A stretch of DNA of 13,439 nucleotides, from the NCBI GenBank assembly GCA_041562555.1, contig JBFEXS010000062.1, forward strand, positions 1-13,439. The letters run 5' to 3'. A program made the translations under genes and the position numbers. The stretch comes from Sulfurimonadaceae bacterium (GTDB taxonomy: Bacteria > Campylobacterota > Campylobacteria > Campylobacterales > Sulfurimonadaceae). Below, in pieces: positions 9,234 through 13,439 of the stretch; the stretch's first letter is position 1; each line of letters opens with the position of its first letter. The notes under the pieces were generated by a model. It was given only the letters and a program-made list of their open reading frames with translations. It did no database searches and had not been told where the DNA came from.

Positions 9234-9242
9234 TGCTAAGAT
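9234..9242 (+). promoter_or_regulatory. Putative extended -10 (TGcTAAGAT) positioned for a leaderless transcript of the WD40 gene
   Basis: TGnTAnnnT followed by exactly 6 nt and then ATG 9249; no properly spaced Shine-Dalgarno sequence. Confidence 0.5.
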
Positions 9243-9248
9243 TGGAAC

Positions 9249-11429
9249 ATGATAGCGAGCGGGAAACTGAATATTGATGACACTATTGTCTATTTAAGTA
9301 TATTGGACAATGAAAAATTAGCCATTGTCGACAAATCTCATAACTTCTATCTCATAGATCTTGCGACCATGGAAAAAGAGCATACCTTCAAGTTCAAGCA
9401 GGCGCATGTCCATAGCGAGAAGAAATGCATCAGTTTCAGTCCTGATGGGAAATACCTCGCTTACAGTGAAAAAGAGCAATCCGTGGTACGTGTCATTGAC
9501 CTTCAAAAACAAAAACTTCACCACTCCTTTCCCACCCTTCAAAACCAGATCGAGACGCTCTGCTTTGATCCGAGCTCACACTATCTTGTCGCCGGTTCAA
9601 TTACCGGCCGTGTCTATCTATGGAATCTTTTTGCAACCGGTCAGGTCTCAAGACTCAGTTCCTTCCCCGAATACACGCCCCAACTCTTTACTCAACCAAA
9701 GGTCAATTATGTCTCAAGTGCCTGTTTCAGTCCTTCCGGAGATCTCGTTGCTACCAGTGGTTATGGGGGAAGCATCGTCATTACCAATATCCGCACCGAA
9801 GTCTCCCCCAAACGTATAAGCCCAAACCACGTACGTATCAACAGTCTGTGCTTTATCAAAGAGGAGTTCATCGTCGCTGGGAACATAGAAGGCAGTATTG
9901 ATGTCATCAGTCTGAAAAACTCGCAAACACAAAAACATTACCAGACCATCTTCAATGAGGTGAGTTCAATCTGTGTCTCCCGATCAGGTGATTTCTTACT
10001 GGTAGCGGGACACACCCGAACCATCTCGTTGATTGACCTTCAAAAAGAGAAAGTCATTCACACGGAATATATTCAGGTACCCGCAAAGATCACCAGCATG
10101 CAGATAAACTCCGATGATGTGCTGACTGTCGGATGTGAAAATGGCAGCATTCTCTTTTTCCCCCTTTATCCGGAAGACCTTCTGAAGCTGCGTATTCAAA
10201 CAGCATCTTATTTTCAGGCGTACGAACTGCTGACCCAATACCCACTGCTTCAAGACTCTCCCTTGTTGGATGAACTTCACAATGCATGGGAACAACATCT
10301 CGCTGAAGCAATCGAACTCGTCGAGAACAAGAGAGTCGATGACGCATCACGTAAACTCAACAAGTTTTCGAAGATACCTGCAAAGACCTCTGTTATCAAA
10401 GAGTTTCAGACATTTATCAGCTATTATGAACGTTTTAAGACAGCTGTGAAACATGAAAACTATGCCCTTGCCTACAGTATGGCCGAACAGGTACAACTGC
10501 TGAAAAGGACTTCACCTTATAAAGAGATGGAAGCCATATGGGATGAGGCCTTTTTAAAAGCGCAAAGTTATATCATCACCGAAAAGACGCATCAACTCTT
10601 CAAAGTTCTAGAGCCTTTTAGTCGTGTTACCTCCAAACTCTGCTTCATTCAGGTACTTGTACATGAACCTGAAAAATTTTTAGAGTTCGTCCACTTTATC
10701 AACACTCAGGCATACGGAAAGATATTCGCCCTGAGCAAGAACTACCCATGTCTCAAAGAGATCTCCTCCTATCAAAAGATCATTGACTCGACCGACGACC
10801 TGTATGCAAAGTTCCAGCAACACATCCTTTCTGCTGATTTCGAGCTTGCCGAACTCGAAGAGGAAGCACTCTCTCAAATACCCTATATCAAGCCTCGGCT
10901 CAAGGAACTCAGTCACCTGCTGGCACTGGCAAAAAAATTACATCACTATTTTCAAGAGAACAAGCTGAGCTCCTGCTACACACTTATTGACAAGTATCCG
11001 GACATAAGAGACCTGCCTCTGGTGATCGAACTTGAAAAAGCCTGGGGAGAGAAGATGCTTGCCGCAGAAAAAGAGGCGCTTTTGGGTCATACCAAAGAGA
11101 TCAAAATCATTTTAGGCGAGCTTATAACACTTCCTTCACGGGCCCAAAAGATAGGCATGCTGTTGCGACTGAGTTTTCTTACACAGATCAAACTACTCAT
11201 CATCAAGCATAAACATGACGCCGTTACAAAAGCGATCAAAAACTATATCGCTATTTTCGGATACGACACCGAACTGCATAATGTGATACTGAAGCTCAAA
11301 AAAGACAATATCCTGGACGTAGAACTCACCCCTGAACATGAACACAGGCGTCCTCGTGCCTTATGGCTGAGTCTTACCGGAGGGAAAGTCCCCGATACCA
11401 TACTCAATGTCACTGCCATTGAGTATTGA
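9249..11429 (+). CDS. WD40/beta-propeller protein with C-terminal alpha-helical tandem repeats, 726 aa
   Basis: WD40-like blades in about the first 305 aa (ISFSPDGKYLAY, LCFDPSSHYLVAGSITGRVYLWN, CFSPSGDLVATSGYGGSI, VSRSGDFLLVAG, LTVGCENGSILFF). The remainder is helical with an 84-aa period. No signal peptide or TM segment seen. Confidence 0.88.
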   Translation: MIASGKLNIDDTIVYLSILDNEKLAIVDKSHNFYLIDLATMEKEHTFKFKQAHVHSEKKCISFSPDGKYLAYSEKEQSVVRVIDLQKQKLHHSFPTLQNQIETLCFDPSSHYLVAGSITGRVYLWNLFATGQVSRLSSFPEYTPQLFTQPKVNYVSSACFSPSGDLVATSGYGGSIVITNIRTEVSPKRISPNHVRINSLCFIKEEFIVAGNIEGSIDVISLKNSQTQKHYQTIFNEVSSICVSRSGDFLLVAGHTRTISLIDLQKEKVIHTEYIQVPAKITSMQINSDDVLTVGCENGSILFFPLYPEDLLKLRIQTASYFQAYELLTQYPLLQDSPLLDELHNAWEQHLAEAIELVENKRVDDASRKLNKFSKIPAKTSVIKEFQTFISYYERFKTAVKHENYALAYSMAEQVQLLKRTSPYKEMEAIWDEAFLKAQSYIITEKTHQLFKVLEPFSRVTSKLCFIQVLVHEPEKFLEFVHFINTQAYGKIFALSKNYPCLKEISSYQKIIDSTDDLYAKFQQHILSADFELAELEEEALSQIPYIKPRLKELSHLLALAKKLHHYFQENKLSSCYTLIDKYPDIRDLPLVIELEKAWGEKMLAAEKEALLGHTKEIKIILGELITLPSRAQKIGMLLRLSFLTQIKLLIIKHKHDAVTKAIKNYIAIFGYDTELHNVILKLKKDNILDVELTPEHEHRRPRALWLSLTGGKVPDTILNVTAIEY
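10179..11186 (+). repeat. Four tandem, degenerate 84-aa (252-nt) protein-level repeats in the WD40 protein
   Basis: Equivalent segments start at 10209 (YFQAYELLTQYPLL), 10461 (YALAYSMAEQVQLL), 10713 (YGKIFALSKNYPCL) and 10965 (LSSCYTLIDKYPDI), each exactly 252 nt apart, and they align without gaps. Confidence 0.8.
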
Positions 11430-11435
11430 TATAAT
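11427..11435 (+). promoter_or_regulatory. Putative extended -10 promoter (TGaTATAAT) for the META gene, overlapping the WD40 stop codon
   Basis: Exact TGnTATAAT whose TGn is the TGA stop at 11427-11429; AGGAG RBS at 11459-11463. Confidence 0.6.
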
Positions 11436-11468
11436 TATACTTTTACACTAGAGACCTCAGGAGATCAC

Positions 11469-11888
11469 ATGCTCAAACACACCGTCCTACCATCCCTATT
11501 CCTTTTACTCTTATGTGCATGTTCCGCACCTGTACCCGATGAAAAACTTAAAAATACCTATTGGAGTCTCCTGGAACTCAATGGAGAGGACAAAGAGGTC
11601 TTTGATCGGCAACCCGACCTTCATCTTATCTTTCACATTAATGATGCAAGTCTACATGGAAGCGATGGCTGCAATCAGATAAGGGCTACCTATCAACAAA
11701 AAGAAGACAGTTTCCGTTTTACGAACATTCTTTCCACTCGGATGAGTTGCCTCCAGGGCCTGGAGCAATCCAGAGATTTTATGCAAGTTTTAAGAGATAC
11801 CGATCAACTTGTAATTGATGAAAATTATTTAATTTTGTATCAAAATGGTTTTGAAATTGCGCGCTTTGAAGCAAAAGAGGACTATTAA
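11469..11888 (+). CDS. META domain (HslJ-like) lipoprotein, 139 aa
   Basis: Signal peptide ending LLLCA-C (lipobox); META motifs LKNTYWSLLELNG, GSDGCN and STRMSC (conserved Cys pair). Confidence 0.88.
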   Translation: MLKHTVLPSLFLLLLCACSAPVPDEKLKNTYWSLLELNGEDKEVFDRQPDLHLIFHINDASLHGSDGCNQIRATYQQKEDSFRFTNILSTRMSCLQGLEQSRDFMQVLRDTDQLVIDENYLILYQNGFEIARFEAKEDY

Positions 11889-11902
11889 CCCAAATTTTGA
11901 GT

Positions 11903-11908
11903 TATAAT
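11903..11908 (+). promoter_or_regulatory. Putative -10 box (TATAAT) for the 160-aa gene and the response regulator
   Basis: Exact TATAAT in the 39-bp gap, followed by an AAGGA RBS at 11917-11921 and ATG 11928. Confidence 0.55.
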
Positions 11909-11927
11909 AACTGGATAAGGATTTACT

Positions 11928-12410
11928 ATGAAACTTCTAACAACACTCTTGGCACTTCTCTTAAGTACGCAGCTTTTTGCCGCTAAAGCACTGGATGAAA
12001 AGAACATAACGAAGATGCTTGACGAGATTAAGATCGCAAAAGAGCACAAGAACATCAAGTCTATGCAAAAGCACTTTCTCTCACGTACCTCCGTCAGTCT
12101 TACCGACCAGAACATAGAGACAAGCAAGACCATGCGGTTGACCTTTAACGAGTACAAGAATCATCTGCTTAAAAAATGGAAAAAACTTCAGTCAAATCTT
12201 ATTGAAGTGCAAGAGAGAAGTTTCAGTATTGAAGCGGATGGAAAATCAGCCCTTGTGAAGACGACACTGATGCAAACAGAAGAAGTCGATGGTATCAAGA
12301 CGAAAACAACGATCTATGAGACAACCGGTATCAAGCTGGTCAAAGGAAAAGTCTATATCAACTATTACAGTGCAAGAAAGATGCTTAATACAGCAATGCG
12401 CGTCAACTAA
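11928..12410 (+). CDS. Secreted hypothetical protein, 160 aa, possibly NTF2/SnoaL-like fold
   Basis: Sec signal peptide MKLLTTLLALLLSTQLFA and a good RBS. The helix-helix-then-long-beta-strand pattern (FSIEADGKSALVKTTL...TTIYETTGIKLVKGKVYI) suggests NTF2-like, but the fold is only an inference. Confidence 0.75.
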   Translation: MKLLTTLLALLLSTQLFAAKALDEKNITKMLDEIKIAKEHKNIKSMQKHFLSRTSVSLTDQNIETSKTMRLTFNEYKNHLLKKWKKLQSNLIEVQERSFSIEADGKSALVKTTLMQTEEVDGIKTKTTIYETTGIKLVKGKVYINYYSARKMLNTAMRVN

Positions 12411-12416
12411 ACATAT

Positions 12417-13439
12417 ATGAGCCTGCTCAAAGACCTTCTTACATTTTCAAAGCCTCTTAAGGTGCTTTACGTCGAAGATGATGTCGGGATCCGTGATAAT
12501 TATACCAAGGTGTTTTCGGAAGTATTTTCCTCCGTTGATATCGCAAATGATGGACAAGAGGGGATAGAAAAATACCAGAACTCCAGCTATGACCTTGTCA
12601 TCACCGATATCAACATGCCACGGATGAACGGTATTGAGATGATAGAGGCTATCATGGAGATCAATGCCGAACAACCTATCATTATTACCTCAGCCCACGA
12701 TGACACCCAATACCTTCTAAAGCTTATTGACCTCGGGATTGAGAAGTTCCTGATAAAACCCGTCGATTTCAATAAGATGACTACCGTACTCTACCGTACC
12801 TGTAAACGTATCACTGAGATGCATGAACTTAAGGAGTATCAATCGCGTATTGAAGAGGATAATCTGAACACGGCTAGACTCCTGGCGGAGTTGCAAGAAA
12901 AAAACACTGAACTTGAAGCGGCCATACATCGACTAACACGCAAAGAAAATGTCAATACCACGCTTCTTAACGGTATCAGCAAAGAAAAAAGTTTCAGTGA
13001 GAATGAGCTTGAGTATTATGCTCCCAAGACTGAACTTATCAGTGCGAGGGATTTTATCGACACCTTTGCAGGTGACCTCGAAAGCCTTAATGATCATCTT
13101 GAAGCCATAGAAGAGACTCTGGAGCTTCTGATCCATCAAAAACTCCTTGAACCGACCCAGGAAAGTCTGCAAGCCCTTTCCCGGGCGTTTGAGGAGTATG
13201 CAAACCATCTGTTCAACCTCTACAAGTTCAACCATATCGCCGAGGCCTTACACAGCTTTGCCCTGGCCCTTGGGAAGGTACAAGACCTTGCACTTCTTAA
13301 GGAGATGAAAGCCTTTTTATTCGGTATAGCGGACTCCTTACAAAAATGGCGACAAGAGGTCTTAGTCGCACAATCAGCTGCAGACATCCACTTTCTTGAC
13401 AGTTCCATCATCAGTGACTGTTTGCAAACCGAGAGCATG
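12417..13439 (+). CDS. Response regulator (REC domain, coiled coil, uncharacterised helical C-terminal domain); partial, runs off the right edge
   Basis: My own translation from ATG 12417 is open for 341 codons to the window end: MSLLKDLLTFSKPLKVLYVEDD...YDLVITDINMPRMNGIEM...IIITSAHDD...FLIKPVDF. The phospho-acceptor Asp codon is at 12606-12608. It is absent from the ORF track because it has no stop codon in the window. Confidence 0.92.
   Translation, partial: MSLLKDLLTFSKPLKVLYVEDDVGIRDNYTKVFSEVFSSVDIANDGQEGIEKYQNSSYDLVITDINMPRMNGIEMIEAIMEINAEQPIIITSAHDDTQYLLKLIDLGIEKFLIKPVDFNKMTTVLYRTCKRITEMHELKEYQSRIEEDNLNTARLLAELQEKNTELEAAIHRLTRKENVNTTLLNGISKEKSFSENELEYYAPKTELISARDFIDTFAGDLESLNDHLEAIEETLELLIHQKLLEPTQESLQALSRAFEEYANHLFNLYKFNHIAEALHSFALALGKVQDLALLKEMKAFLFGIADSLQKWRQEVLVAQSAADIHFLDSSIISDCLQTESM

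Noticed and set aside
9242..9256. Plus-strand TTGGAAC...GC resembling a second sigma54 promoter
   Set aside because: Only 9 nt separate GG (9244-9245) and GC (9255-9256), whereas sigma54 needs 10, and the element overlaps the WD40 start codon.
475..13438. Many short ORFs in the track overlapping the called genes (e.g. 5716-6468 minus, 250 aa; 9361-9819 plus; 2567-2947 plus; 11885-12157 minus; the minus-strand ORFs at 12447-13438)
   Set aside because: They lie antisense or out of frame within genes that have clear family motifs, and they show no motifs of their own. The 12447-13438 set is the shadow of the plus-strand response regulator.
1..13439. CRISPR arrays, tRNA/rRNA, IS elements, prophage or defence-system genes
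   Set aside because: I saw no nucleotide-level repeat-spacer arrays and no transposase, integrase or nuclease/NTPase defence motifs. The intergenic gaps are all under about 135 bp and are largely accounted for by promoters and RBSs.

Overview
Chromosomal window that looks like Campylobacterota (epsilonproteobacteria). The evidence is the pyrG-recJ overlap, TGnTATAAT extended -10 promoters, AAGGA-type ribosome-binding sites and a sulfide:quinone oxidoreductase-like gene; the taxon is my inference. The left part is a tightly coupled minus-strand operon: a Kef-type CPA2 antiporter, a lipoprotein retropepsin-like (DTG) peptidase, an inactive transglutaminase/7TM membrane protein, and the first 8 codons of a further gene, probably the ATP-grasp alpha-L-glutamate ligase-like partner. 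Divergent from it on the plus strand are pyrG, recJ and a Tat-signal type II-like SQR flavoprotein. A 143-aa minus-strand hypothetical gene sits behind a sigma54-like -24/-12 element. It is divergent from a 726-aa protein with an N-terminal WD40 beta-propeller followed by four gapless 84-aa helical repeats, and both genes appear leaderless. The window ends with a META/HslJ lipoprotein, a secreted hypothetical protein and a response regulator that runs off the right edge and is absent from the ORF track. I saw no rRNA, tRNA, CRISPR array or mobile element. All calls come from motif recognition by eye, with no database searches.
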